From: Elusimicrobiota bacterium
GTDB taxonomy: Bacteria; Elusimicrobiota; Elusimicrobia; FEN-1173
Length of the DNA stretch: 64,000 bases
NCBI GenBank assembly: GCA_016722575.1
Contig: JADKIY010000001.1
Location: forward strand, 768,887-832,886
Direction of reading: 5' to 3'
Of the stretch, positions 9,972-18,707 are shown piece after piece. Below the pieces are notes generated by a model that was not told the DNA's origin, ran no database searches, and saw only the letters and a list, made by a program, of their open reading frames with translations. Numbering within the stretch: position 1 is the stretch's first letter; each line of letters opens with the position of its first letter. The position numbers were made by a program, and so were the translations under genes.

Positions 9972-11227
9972 TGCGTTTGGACGGGTTTGTTCTTCGGGGC
10001 GGCCGCCGCTTGGCGGGCCGCGTGCGGGTGTCGGGTTCCAAGAACGCCGCCCTGCCCTGCCTTTTCGCCACGTTGTTGACCGACGATCCTTGCGAATTGA
10101 CCAACGTGCCGGACCTTCAGGACATCCGAACGGCGGTGCGTCTGTTGGAACGCTTGGGCAAGAAAGTGACTTTTGAGCGGGGCACGGTGACGGTTCGCCG
10201 GCGCGGCGCTTTGCAACACAAGGCGCCGTACGATTTGGTTCGCCGCATGCGGGCCAGCGCCGTCGTCCTGGGCCCCCTCTTGGCCCGCCTGGGACGGGCT
10301 CACGTGTCCCTGCCGGGTGGGTGCGCCATCGGCGCCCGGCCCATCAATTTTCATTTAAAGGCTTTCGAAACCCTGGGCGCCAAGGTGACCGTCCAGGAAG
10401 GCTACGTGGCCGCGGCGGGACGATTGCGGGGAAAAACCCTTCGGCTTCCTTTCGCCAGCGTGGGCGCCACCGAAAACGTCCTGATGGCCGCCGCCTTGGC
10501 CCGAGGCCGAACGGTGCTCAAAAACGCCGCCCGGGAACCCGAAATCACCGATTTGGCCGACATGTTGATCGGCATGGGCGCCCGGGTGGCGGGCGCCGGG
10601 ACCGACACCCTGGTGATCGACGGACGCGAGCGCCTGGGCGGGGTCCACCATCGCGTCATTCCGGACCGGATCGAAGCCGGCACCTTTTTGATCGCCGCCG
10701 CCATCACCCGGGGAAACCTTCGGGTGATCGACGCCCGGGCGGACCATTTGACCGCGGTCCTCGCGGCGCTCCGAAAAGCCGGCCTCGGGGTGCGCGCCGA
10801 CGGGTCGGATTTGGTGGCCCGTTGGACCCGGCCGCTCCGCCCCGTGTCCATCACGACAAAGGTCTACCCCGGTTTTCCAACGGACATGCAAGCCCAGTGG
10901 ATGGCCCTCATGGCCGTCACCCGGGGCAAAAGCGTGATCACCGAATCTATTTTTGAAAACCGGTTTCTTCACGCCCAGGAACTTCAGCGCTTGGGGGCCC
11001 GGGTGGACGTGCGCGGCTCCCGCGCCACGGTGGAAGGCGTGGCGTCCCTGTCGGGTTGCCCGCTCATGTGTTCGGATTTGCGGGCCGGCGCGGCGCTCGT
11101 GCTGGCCGGCCTGGCGGCCCGGGGGGTCACCAAAGTGCTCCGGGTTTATCACCTGGATCGGGGCTACGAAGCCCTGGAAAAAAAGCTGCGCGCCGTGGGC
11201 GCCGACATCCGGCGGGCCCCCCTGTGA
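9968..11227 (+). CDS. murA: UDP-N-acetylglucosamine 1-carboxyvinyltransferase
   Basis: [37 protein letters not shown]... is the classic MurA N-terminus. Start overlaps the prmC stop. The six-frame ORF from 9479 is an extension in the prmC region. Confidence 0.95.
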   Translation: [419 protein letters not shown]

Positions 11228-12648
11228 GACGGGGCCTCGTTCTCGTTTTTGTGGCGTTGGGCGCGGGCGCCTCGGCCGTGCGGGCCGAGGACGCCGCCCC
11301 GGACGCCGGCGCCATCGCCCCCGGCGTTCAAACGACGGAGGTCATCACGTTGTCGACGGAGACCGAAACGTTGACCGAAAAGCCTTCCTGGTTGGAACGC
11401 GCCGAAAACCTTTTCCAGGAGGGTCTGGCGGCCGAAGCGTCGGGCGATATTCGCACGGCCCGTCGCCGCTACAGCCGCACGCTGAAGACCTTGGCCGACC
11501 AGGCGGACGACGCCGCCGTCCTGGACATGCGCAGCGAAATTGCGACCTTTTTGAATATGGCGGACGTGGGCCCTCTGCCCCGGCCCGGGGATTGCCCCCC
11601 GGCCACGGAAGTCCAGCCCGTGACCCAGGAGGAACTCAACGCCGCGCCGGTGGTCGAGCCCGTGGTCTCGTCCACCAAAAGCTACGCCATCCATTTGGAC
11701 CCGGAAGACCCGCTCGTGAAAAAATTCATCGGTCTCTACACGGGGCCCCTGCGCGGACGGTTTCAAGACGCGTTGCGGCGCATGGCCCGCCATCGGGGGA
11801 TGATTTTGTCGGAAATTGAAAAGGCCGGCCTTCCCCGGGAGCTTTTGTATCTGCCCATCGTGGAAAGCGAATTTCAAACCTTCGCGGTCTCCCGGGCCGG
11901 GGCGGTGGGGATGTGGCAATTCATGACGTCCACGGCCAAATACGCCGGATTGAAAATCAATTACTGGGTGGACGAGCGGCGCGACCCCGCGAAAGCGACC
12001 CACGCCGCGCTCCAAACGCTCAAAAGCCTCCACGATTGGTTCGACGATTGGCACTTGGCTCTGGCGGCGTACAACCGGGGCATGTACGGCATTCAACGCG
12101 ATTTGGAATTCACCCGTTCGACGGATTTCGCGCTGTTGTCCAAACGGCAAGGCCTCCCCATGGAAACCGAGCAATACGTGCCCAAGCTCATGGCGGCCGT
12201 GTTGGTCGGGGAGAACGCGAAGGCCTACGGATTCGACGTCGGGGCCGCCGCCGCGGCGCCCCCGCCGGACGCGGTGATCCTGGAAAAACCCCTGGACCTC
12301 AAGATCGCGGCGGCCTGCGCCAAGACGACGGAGGAGACGCTGCGGGAACTCAATCCGTCGGTCCGCCTTTGGTGCACGCCGCGGAACGAATCCCGTTTCG
12401 CCTTCAACGTCCCCGCGGGGACCCGGGCGCGCTTTTTGGAAGAACTGAACAAAGTGAAGGACTGGACGCCGTCGCCCGGCTATCTCAAATACACCGTGCG
12501 GAAGGGCGACGTGCTGGGCCGCATCGCCCGGCGTTACCGCACGACCGCGGCGGCCATCCAGCGGGAAAACAAAATACAAAACGCCCATCGACTCCGACCG
12601 GGGCAGGTGATTCTCATCCGCCCGGGCCGGGGATTTAAAGACGACTGA
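11224..12648 (+). CDS. Membrane-bound lytic murein transglycosylase (MltD-like; SLT domain + C-terminal LysM)
   Basis: GTG 11224 gives a signal peptide (VRRGLVLVFVALGAGASAVRA). SLT catalytic region LLYLPIVESEFQTFAVSRAGAVGMWQFM...AYNRG. C-terminal LysM: YTVRKGDVLGRIARRY. Confidence 0.75.
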   Translation: MRRGLVLVFVALGAGASAVRAEDAAPDAGAIAPGVQTTEVITLSTETETLTEKPSWLERAENLFQEGLAAEASGDIRTARRRYSRTLKTLADQADDAAVLDMRSEIATFLNMADVGPLPRPGDCPPATEVQPVTQEELNAAPVVEPVVSSTKSYAIHLDPEDPLVKKFIGLYTGPLRGRFQDALRRMARHRGMILSEIEKAGLPRELLYLPIVESEFQTFAVSRAGAVGMWQFMTSTAKYAGLKINYWVDERRDPAKATHAALQTLKSLHDWFDDWHLALAAYNRGMYGIQRDLEFTRSTDFALLSKRQGLPMETEQYVPKLMAAVLVGENAKAYGFDVGAAAAAPPPDAVILEKPLDLKIAAACAKTTEETLRELNPSVRLWCTPRNESRFAFNVPAGTRARFLEELNKVKDWTPSPGYLKYTVRKGDVLGRIARRYRTTAAAIQRENKIQNAHRLRPGQVILIRPGRGFKDD

Positions 12649-12671
12649 CCGACCCCAAACGAGGACCTCTC

Positions 12672-14081
12672 ATGAACCCCATCAAAATGGAACCCATACT
12701 TTTCGGCACCGACGGCTGGCGCGGCTTGATCGCCCGGGATTTTACCTTCGCGAATCTGCGGCGCGTGTCCGACGCCCTCGCCCGCGCCTTGCCGTCGAAG
12801 TCGCGCGTCGTGGTCGGCCACGATCACCGCTTCCTGTCGGAGGAGTTCGCCCGCGCCGCCGCGTCGGTGCTGGCGGTCCGGGGCCACCGCGTGATCCTCG
12901 GGCAAGGCCCGACCACGTCCCCGGCCCTGTCCTTCGCGCTCAAAGGCGCCGGCGCCCGGGCCGGCGTCATGATCACCGCGAGCCACAACCCTCCGACTTA
13001 CAACGGATTTAAAATCAAGCTGCCACCGGGCCGCTCGGCGGATCCGCTGTTTACGACCAAGGTGGAAACCCTGCTGGAACCCGAGACGCCGCGCCCTCCG
13101 ATGGTGGAGGGGGAACGGCGGGACCTGTCGAAGCCGTATCTCGCCCATTTGGTTTCGCGGTTGGACCGGGCCTTCTGGAAAAAAGCGCGTTCGACCCGGG
13201 TGGTTTTTGACGCCATGCACGGGACCGGCGGTGTTTTGTGGGCGGCCGTGGGCGCGGTGTTGGGGTTGGGCGGCGGCGCCGTCCGCGTGGAGCGGGACCC
13301 CCTGTTCGGGGGCGTTTCGCCGGAGCCCATCGAGAAGAATTTGGCGGTGTTGTCCGAAGCGGTGCGCGCCCAGAAAGCCGTGTTGGGCGTGGCCGTCGAC
13401 GGCGACGGCGACCGGTTGGGCGCCGTGGACGAAAAAGGCGTTTACCTGCCGCCCCACGCCGTGTTCCCCCTCATCCTGCGTCATTTGGTGGAGAACCGGA
13501 AAATGAAGGGGGCGGTGGTTCAGGCCGTTTCCCTGGGATATCTTTCGGAGCGTCTGGCCAAGGAATACAAGTTGCCTTTTGTTGAAGTGCCGGTGGGCTT
13601 CAAATACGTCGCCGATCAGATGGCCAAAACCCGCGTGCTCTGGGGCGGGGAAGAATCCGGCGGGTACGGCGTGGGGCTCTGGGGTCCCGAGCGGGACGGT
13701 TTGTTGACGGGCCTCTTGTTGGTCGAAGCGGTGCTGGCGGCGGGAAAGCCCCTGTCGGTGCTCCGCAAGGAACTGACGGAAAAATGCGGGGCCTCCGAAT
13801 TTTCCCGGGTGGATCACCCGCTCAAAGCGCCGGTGGTGGACAAGGCGGCCTGGGTGGCCACCGTCACCAAGCGGATCCCGGCCAAGGTGGGCGGCGTCGC
13901 GGTCAAGGAAACCCGCAACACCGACGGCCTTAAAGTGGTCCTGGTGGACGGTTCCTGGGTGTTGCTGCGACCCAGCGGCACGGAACCGCTTCTGCGCGCC
14001 TACGCGGAATCTCCCACGACGATCCTCACGCAGCAATTGCTGACCAAGGCCCAGGAGTGGGCCGGGGCCAAGAATATTTAA
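12672..14081 (+). CDS. Phosphomannomutase/phosphoglucomutase family protein
   Basis: FGTDGWRG..., active-site loop TASHNPPTYNGFK, and a GVAVDGDGDR metal-binding loop. Confidence 0.85.
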   Translation: MNPIKMEPILFGTDGWRGLIARDFTFANLRRVSDALARALPSKSRVVVGHDHRFLSEEFARAAASVLAVRGHRVILGQGPTTSPALSFALKGAGARAGVMITASHNPPTYNGFKIKLPPGRSADPLFTTKVETLLEPETPRPPMVEGERRDLSKPYLAHLVSRLDRAFWKKARSTRVVFDAMHGTGGVLWAAVGAVLGLGGGAVRVERDPLFGGVSPEPIEKNLAVLSEAVRAQKAVLGVAVDGDGDRLGAVDEKGVYLPPHAVFPLILRHLVENRKMKGAVVQAVSLGYLSERLAKEYKLPFVEVPVGFKYVADQMAKTRVLWGGEESGGYGVGLWGPERDGLLTGLLLVEAVLAAGKPLSVLRKELTEKCGASEFSRVDHPLKAPVVDKAAWVATVTKRIPAKVGGVAVKETRNTDGLKVVLVDGSWVLLRPSGTEPLLRAYAESPTTILTQQLLTKAQEWAGAKNI

Positions 14082-14172
14082 CGAGAATTTTTTCCCCGCT
14101 CCGGGAGTGATTCTGGGCCGTGCGGTTCCGCCGGCTTGTCCCGGGGCCGAACCTTGAAAAATCGAAGGCCTA

Positions 14173-14237
14173 TAGCAAAACGACTCTATTTTTAAATACG
14201 TTTTGCTATTGACCATTTCGGTATTCGGGGTATACTT
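14173..14237 (+). promoter_or_regulatory. AT-rich inverted repeat (10-bp arms, 16-nt loop) abutting a candidate promoter TTGACC-N16-TATACT
   Basis: Arms tagcaaaacg (14173-14182) and cgttttgcta (14199-14208). TTGACC at 14209-14214 and TATACT at 14231-14236. Lies upstream of the tandem GGDEF genes. Confidence 0.35.
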
Positions 14238-14306
14238 AAGTGAAGTTTAGCCGAGACCTCGACACCCATCGACATCACGATTGACAGCGACGACGCGGAT
14301 CTCCGG

Positions 14307-14371
14307 CCGGAAACGCGGCGCGTTTCCGGGCGGGGTCGCGATAGGGCCGCGCGGGGGCGGGATATTTTTTT
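14307..14371 (+). promoter_or_regulatory. Leader hairpin (perfect 11-bp palindrome ccggaaacgcg) then a GC-rich segment and a T7 tract; possible attenuator or terminator
   Basis: Palindrome at 14307-14329 and TTTTTTT at 14365-14371. Located ~80 nt upstream of the 14452 GGDEF start. Confidence 0.3.
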
Positions 14372-14451
14372 GGCGGCCGGGAATGGGAGGCCCGCCGCCG
14401 GAGGAGCTCCGATGAGCGTCCACGTCCGGGAAGGAACAACATGAGCCGACG

Positions 14452-15870
14452 GTGCCACCCATGACCCCGGCGTCTCTTCCGGAATCGCAGCCTCTGATGT
14501 TGGCGTCCTTGATGGGGCGGGGCCGTTGGGCCCCGACCGTCGTCCTTTTTTTGGGCCCGGTGGGGTTGCCCTTGTTCGGCGGGGCCATCGTCTGGGCCAT
14601 GGTACGCGGCCCCTGGCCCGCCGCCGACGTCTTTCCCCTGTTTGTCGGTCTCGAACTCCTCTTGTATTTGGGGGCCGGACTCGGCTGGAGCTTCGGCGCC
14701 GCGCTCTCCGCCACGGGTCTCGGCCTTCTCGGCTTTTTCTTTTCGACGGTGCCCCAGGCCCGCCTGCTCTTCGCCGCCCACATCGCCCTTCTTTGGACCG
14801 TTTTTGCCGTGTTAAGCCTGTTCGACCGCCGGCGTCAAACCGCGTGGAATCGATTTCACGAGGAGTGGGACGGGCTCGAGATGGATTTGACCCACACCCA
14901 GACGGACGTGGACAGCACCCGCGCCTTGATCGAAGACAGCCGCGCCCGCATCGTGGCCTTCGACCGGCTCCAGCTTTTCACCGACGATCTCATCGGTCCC
15001 TACCACCGGGAAGAACTTCTCGGCAAGGCCCAGACCGGCTTGGGCGCCATGTTCCCCCGGGCCCGGGTGTCCCTCCACATGTTTCCCAAGCCCGACGCTC
15101 CCAGTCCCGAGGACGAATTGGGCATGAAAATGCTCCAGTGGGGCCAACCGCGCCTTCTGGCCTCCCGCGCCGGCTCCGTGCCCACCTGGGACCAGGGCCT
15201 GGTCATCGTGCTGCCGGTCAAGGGAAGGGAAAATTTCCTGGGGTGGATCCTTTTGGAATCCAAAAACCCCGACGCGCCCTTTGAAATTCACGACTTGCGT
15301 TTGGCGTCCATCGCCTCGGACTTGATCGCCCTGGCCCTCGGCAACACGGAACGGTTCTCCCAGACCGAAGCCCTGGCGATTTCCGACGAGCTCACGGGCG
15401 TCTACACCCGGGGCTATTTCAACGAACGGCTTCAAGAGGAATTCGCCAAAGCCCGGCACAAAGGCCGGCCCTTCACCCTGGTTCTCCTGGACATCGACCA
15501 TTTCAAAAAAGTCAACGACCTCCACGGCCACCACATCGGCGACGAAGTGCTTCGGTGGTTGGCGCGCCTCGTGACGGGCCAGGCCCGGGAAACGGACTTC
15601 GTCGCGCGCTACGGCGGCGAGGAATTTGTCGTCCTCATGCCCAACACCCGGGGCGCCGACGCCTTTCGGTTCACCCAGCGGTTGTGCAAGACCATCGCCA
15701 CGACGCCTTTCCGGTGGGGCACCAAGAAAATCAAAATCACCTTGTCCGCCGGGGTCGCCTGCCTGAAAGACGAGGTGACGGCGGAGGAAGATTTGATCCG
15801 GCGGTCGGACGAAGCCCTCTACGCCGCGAAAAACAGCGGCCGCAACCGGGTGTGCAATTATGACGCCTGA
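14452..15870 (+). CDS. Membrane-anchored diguanylate cyclase (GGDEF domain, GGEEF active site)
   Basis: N-terminal TM helices, then a central sensory region. GGDEF core DELTGVYTRGYF...LLDIDHFKKVND..GH..GD...RYGGEEFVV. Confidence 0.85.
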   Translation: MPPMTPASLPESQPLMLASLMGRGRWAPTVVLFLGPVGLPLFGGAIVWAMVRGPWPAADVFPLFVGLELLLYLGAGLGWSFGAALSATGLGLLGFFFSTVPQARLLFAAHIALLWTVFAVLSLFDRRRQTAWNRFHEEWDGLEMDLTHTQTDVDSTRALIEDSRARIVAFDRLQLFTDDLIGPYHREELLGKAQTGLGAMFPRARVSLHMFPKPDAPSPEDELGMKMLQWGQPRLLASRAGSVPTWDQGLVIVLPVKGRENFLGWILLESKNPDAPFEIHDLRLASIASDLIALALGNTERFSQTEALAISDELTGVYTRGYFNERLQEEFAKARHKGRPFTLVLLDIDHFKKVNDLHGHHIGDEVLRWLARLVTGQARETDFVARYGGEEFVVLMPNTRGADAFRFTQRLCKTIATTPFRWGTKKIKITLSAGVACLKDEVTAEEDLIRRSDEALYAAKNSGRNRVCNYDA

Positions 15871-17203
15871 ACTCGCCCACGCGCTTTTGTTCTGGGGGGC
15901 CGCGCCCGTGCTGTGGGCGTCCATCCATTGGCGGGACGCCCGGGGCTTCCTGATCGCCGCGGTTTTCGGCGTTTTCGCCCTCTTTCACGCCTGGGGCGAC
16001 GCGGGGGCCCTCTGGGATTTGCTATTCCATTGGGGCACGTACGGCTTGGCGGCCCTCGTGCCCTATTATTTTCGGCGGTACCAGAACGGACTGGAGCGGG
16101 AATTCGCCCGCCGGAAGTCCCATTTGTCCGAACAACGCTCCAAAAGCGCCCACCGCCACGACGCCATCGTCCGGGAGAAAAACGAACTGCAGGACAATCT
16201 GGAACGCCTGCAAAACCGTTTCGCCCTGGTGCAGGTCATGGCGACGAAGCTCGAAGCGGGCGAAATTCTTCAGACCTTGGGCCACATGTGGAAAAAGCGC
16301 ACCGGCGTCAAAGGGTGCCTGATTCTGCGCCGCCAGTTGAACGGCAATTGGACCACGGCCTTCACCGACGGCATTTTTAACGCCCAGGATTGGATTCGTT
16401 TTATGACCGCGCACCCCTCCATCGCCCGTTCGCGGCGCATTCGGCGTTACGCCGCCAACGGCCGCCAGCTGTCGTTTCCCGGCCAACCCTTCGGGTCCAC
16501 GTGCCTGCTCATCCCTTTCACCTGGGACAAGGACATCCTGGCCATGGGCGTGGTCGAAGTGGAGCCCCAGCGGATGGAGGACAGCTTGGAAGGATTCAAC
16601 ATCGAACGCAAACTCGTTTCCATCGGCCTGCGGCGGGCCGATCTCTACGATTTGATGACGGAGCGCAGCCGCTACGACGCGTTGACGGGGGCGTTCCTCC
16701 GGCGAAGTCTGACCGAACGGTTGGAAGACGCCGTCCGAAAGTCCCATCGCTACAACACCCCGCTGTTTTTCGCCTTGATGGACATCGATCACTTCAAGAC
16801 GCTGAACGACCGTTGGGGCCACGTGATCGGCGATCGCGTTCTGGTCCACTTGGCCCAGATGGTCCGCCGATTGGCCCATCCCGGCGTGACCCTGGGCCGC
16901 TTCGGCGGCGACGAGTTCGCCCTCATCATGGAAATGGATTCCCAGCCGGAGGTGTTCGCCTGGTTTGAACGCCTGCGCCAGCTGACGGCGGAATCGCCGC
17001 TCCGGGACCGGGAAGCCTTGATCCGCTTCACGATCTCCGCCGGAGTGAGCGCCTACCTTCCCGGCCGGCCGGCGCTGTCCGATTTGATGGCCCAGTCCGA
17101 CCACGCCTTGTATCAGGCCAAGCGGGCCGGGCGGGACCGGGTGGTGGCCTGGCGGGCGCCCGGATCGGCCTCCTCGTCGACGGCGGCCCCGGTGAAGAGC
17201 TGA
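15860..17203 (+). CDS. Second membrane-anchored diguanylate cyclase (GGDEF domain, GGDEF active site)
   Basis: Overlaps the previous stop by 11 nt. N-terminal TM helices, then YDALTGAFLRRSL...MDIDHFKTLND..GH..GD...RFGGDEFAL. Confidence 0.85.
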   Translation: MTPELAHALLFWGAAPVLWASIHWRDARGFLIAAVFGVFALFHAWGDAGALWDLLFHWGTYGLAALVPYYFRRYQNGLEREFARRKSHLSEQRSKSAHRHDAIVREKNELQDNLERLQNRFALVQVMATKLEAGEILQTLGHMWKKRTGVKGCLILRRQLNGNWTTAFTDGIFNAQDWIRFMTAHPSIARSRRIRRYAANGRQLSFPGQPFGSTCLLIPFTWDKDILAMGVVEVEPQRMEDSLEGFNIERKLVSIGLRRADLYDLMTERSRYDALTGAFLRRSLTERLEDAVRKSHRYNTPLFFALMDIDHFKTLNDRWGHVIGDRVLVHLAQMVRRLAHPGVTLGRFGGDEFALIMEMDSQPEVFAWFERLRQLTAESPLRDREALIRFTISAGVSAYLPGRPALSDLMAQSDHALYQAKRAGRDRVVAWRAPGSASSSTAAPVKS

Positions 17204-17205
17204 CC

Positions 17206-18318
17206 ATGTCGCGCGTCGTCCTTCAAAACGTGTCCAAGTGGTACGGCCTGGTTCCCGCCGTGCAGAACGTCAGCCTCGAAGTCGAGGACCGGGAATTGTT
17301 CGTCCTGGTGGGCCCCTCGGGGTGCGGCAAAACCTCCTTGCTCCGGTTGATCGCCGGCCTGGACGACGTGTCCGACGGCAAAATTCTCATCGACCGCCGC
17401 GTGGTGAACCACGACGCGCCCAAGTCCCGAAACATCGCCATGGTTTTTCAGAATTTCGCCCTCTACCCCCACATGACCGTTTTCGACAACATGGCCTTCG
17501 GCCTGCGCATGCGCGGCTATTCCGACGAAGAGGTCTCCGCGCGGGTGCGCCAGGCCTCCGACATGCTGGAGCTGACCCCGCTTTTGGACCGCAAGCCCAA
17601 CGAAATCTCCGGGGGTCAACGACAGCGGGTGGCGGTGGGCCGGGCGATCGTTCGAAAACCTCGGGTGTTCCTTTTCGACGAACCTTTTTCCAATTTGGAC
17701 GCCAAGATGCGCGCCGAAACCCGGGGCGAGCTTCTGCGCCTGCACCAACGGTTGCAGACGACCATGATCTACGTGACCCACGACCAGGTCGAAGCCATGA
17801 CCCTGGGCGACCGCATCGGGGTTTTAAAGGACGGCGCCGTTCAGCAGGTGGGGACGCCCTTGGATCTTTACCGGCGACCCAAAAACCGGTTTGTGGCGGA
17901 GTTCATCGGAAGCCCGTCCATGAATTTTTTCCACGTCACCGTGCTGGACCGGGGCGACAGCTTGTGGCTCGACCAAGGGCATTTCCAAATCAAACTGCCG
18001 CCGCGCTACCGGCGGTCGGGGTTTCTAAAGGACGGACAGGAAATTCTTTTGGGCATCCGGCCCGAGGACATTCACGACCGGCTTTTCCAGTCGGGGGGTG
18101 TCACGGAGGGCAATTCGGTCATCGCCATCGTCCAACTTCTGGAACCCATCGGGGCCGAGACCCACGTTCACTTGGACGCGGGGGGGTCTCGCTTTTTGGC
18201 CCGGGTGCATCCGGACAACCCTTTGGAAATGAATCAACCGATGGAAGTGGTTTTTGATTTGGACAAGTTGCACTTGTTCACGAAGAACGGGAAGGAACGG
18301 CTGCACTCGGAAGTTTAG
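17206..18318 (+). CDS. ABC transporter ATP-binding protein, MalK/UgpC-like (sugar-type ATPase with C-terminal regulatory domain)
   Basis: Walker A GPSGCGKTS, Q-loop, signature LSGGQRQRVAVGRA, Walker B FLFDEPFSNLD. No permease or SBP gene adjacent. Confidence 0.85.
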   Translation: MSRVVLQNVSKWYGLVPAVQNVSLEVEDRELFVLVGPSGCGKTSLLRLIAGLDDVSDGKILIDRRVVNHDAPKSRNIAMVFQNFALYPHMTVFDNMAFGLRMRGYSDEEVSARVRQASDMLELTPLLDRKPNEISGGQRQRVAVGRAIVRKPRVFLFDEPFSNLDAKMRAETRGELLRLHQRLQTTMIYVTHDQVEAMTLGDRIGVLKDGAVQQVGTPLDLYRRPKNRFVAEFIGSPSMNFFHVTVLDRGDSLWLDQGHFQIKLPPRYRRSGFLKDGQEILLGIRPEDIHDRLFQSGGVTEGNSVIAIVQLLEPIGAETHVHLDAGGSRFLARVHPDNPLEMNQPMEVVFDLDKLHLFTKNGKERLHSEV

Positions 18319-18330
18319 GCGGTGTTTTCA

Positions 18331-18574
18331 GTCTGGGATTTTATCCCAGGCCAGCGGCCGTGAACCCCCCGCTATCGCTGTGGGTATCGTGCAAGGGGTA
18401 CGCGGGTTTTAAATTGGTGCCGGAGGGGGGACGACGCCAGAAACGGGCGTGGCGGCAGGGACTGGACTTTTAAGCCTGGAACACTGTTCCAGGCCGGCCG
18501 CTGTGAACCCCCACTTTCGCGGTGGGTTTCGTGCTGGAGGTACGCGGGTTTTAAATTGGTGCCGGAGGGGGGAC
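18331..18574. repeat. Two ~102-bp direct repeat copies (period 142 bp); the second runs into the tRNA-Leu 3' end, so the first carries a partial tRNA 3' end plus the same flank
   Basis: Copy A is 18331-18432 and copy B is 18473-18574, ~85% identical. Each starts with a short palindrome (ctgggattttatcccag / cctggaacactgttccagg). Both contain gtacgcgggttttaaattggtgccggaggggggac. Confidence 0.7.
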
Positions 18575-18644
18575 TTGAACCCCCACGTGGCCTAAGCCAC
18601 TTGAGATTTTGAGTCTCACGCGTCTGCCATTTCGCCACCCCGGC
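18557..18644 (-). tRNA. tRNA-Leu (anticodon CAA), CCA encoded
   Basis: Reverse complement GCCGGGGTGGCGAAATGGCAGACGCGTGAGACTCAAAATCTCAAGTGGCTTAGGCCACGTGGGGGTTCAAGTCCCCCCTCCGGCACCA folds as a cloverleaf: 7-bp acceptor (one G-U), D-arm, anticodon stem TGAGA/TCTCA with loop CTCAAAA, long variable arm, T-arm GGGGG/TTCAAGT/CCCCC. Confidence 0.85.
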
Positions 18645-18707
18645 AAGGGCGCTGCCAAAACCGAACAATAACATTTTCTCTTTTCCGTCGAGGATTGTCA
18701 ACAAACC

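Noticed and set aside
10355-14216. Long minus-strand ORFs (10355-11152, 11164-12588, 12534-14216) antisense to murA, mltD-like and pmm
   Set aside because: Arg/Gly/Pro-rich and motif-free, and they fully overlap confidently assigned sense genes.
14812-17104. Minus-strand ORFs (14812-15924, 16022-17104) antisense to the GGDEF genes; plus-strand ORF 14526-15284
   Set aside because: Antisense or alternative-frame artefacts; the GGDEF frames carry intact domain motifs.
18331-18644. Interpretation of the duplicated tRNA 3' end as attL/attR of an integrated mobile element
   Set aside because: No integrase, excisionase or phage genes lie within the window, and the repeat identity extends ~80 bp beyond the tRNA, which fits a local tandem duplication better. 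Kept as a finding but not called a mobile element.
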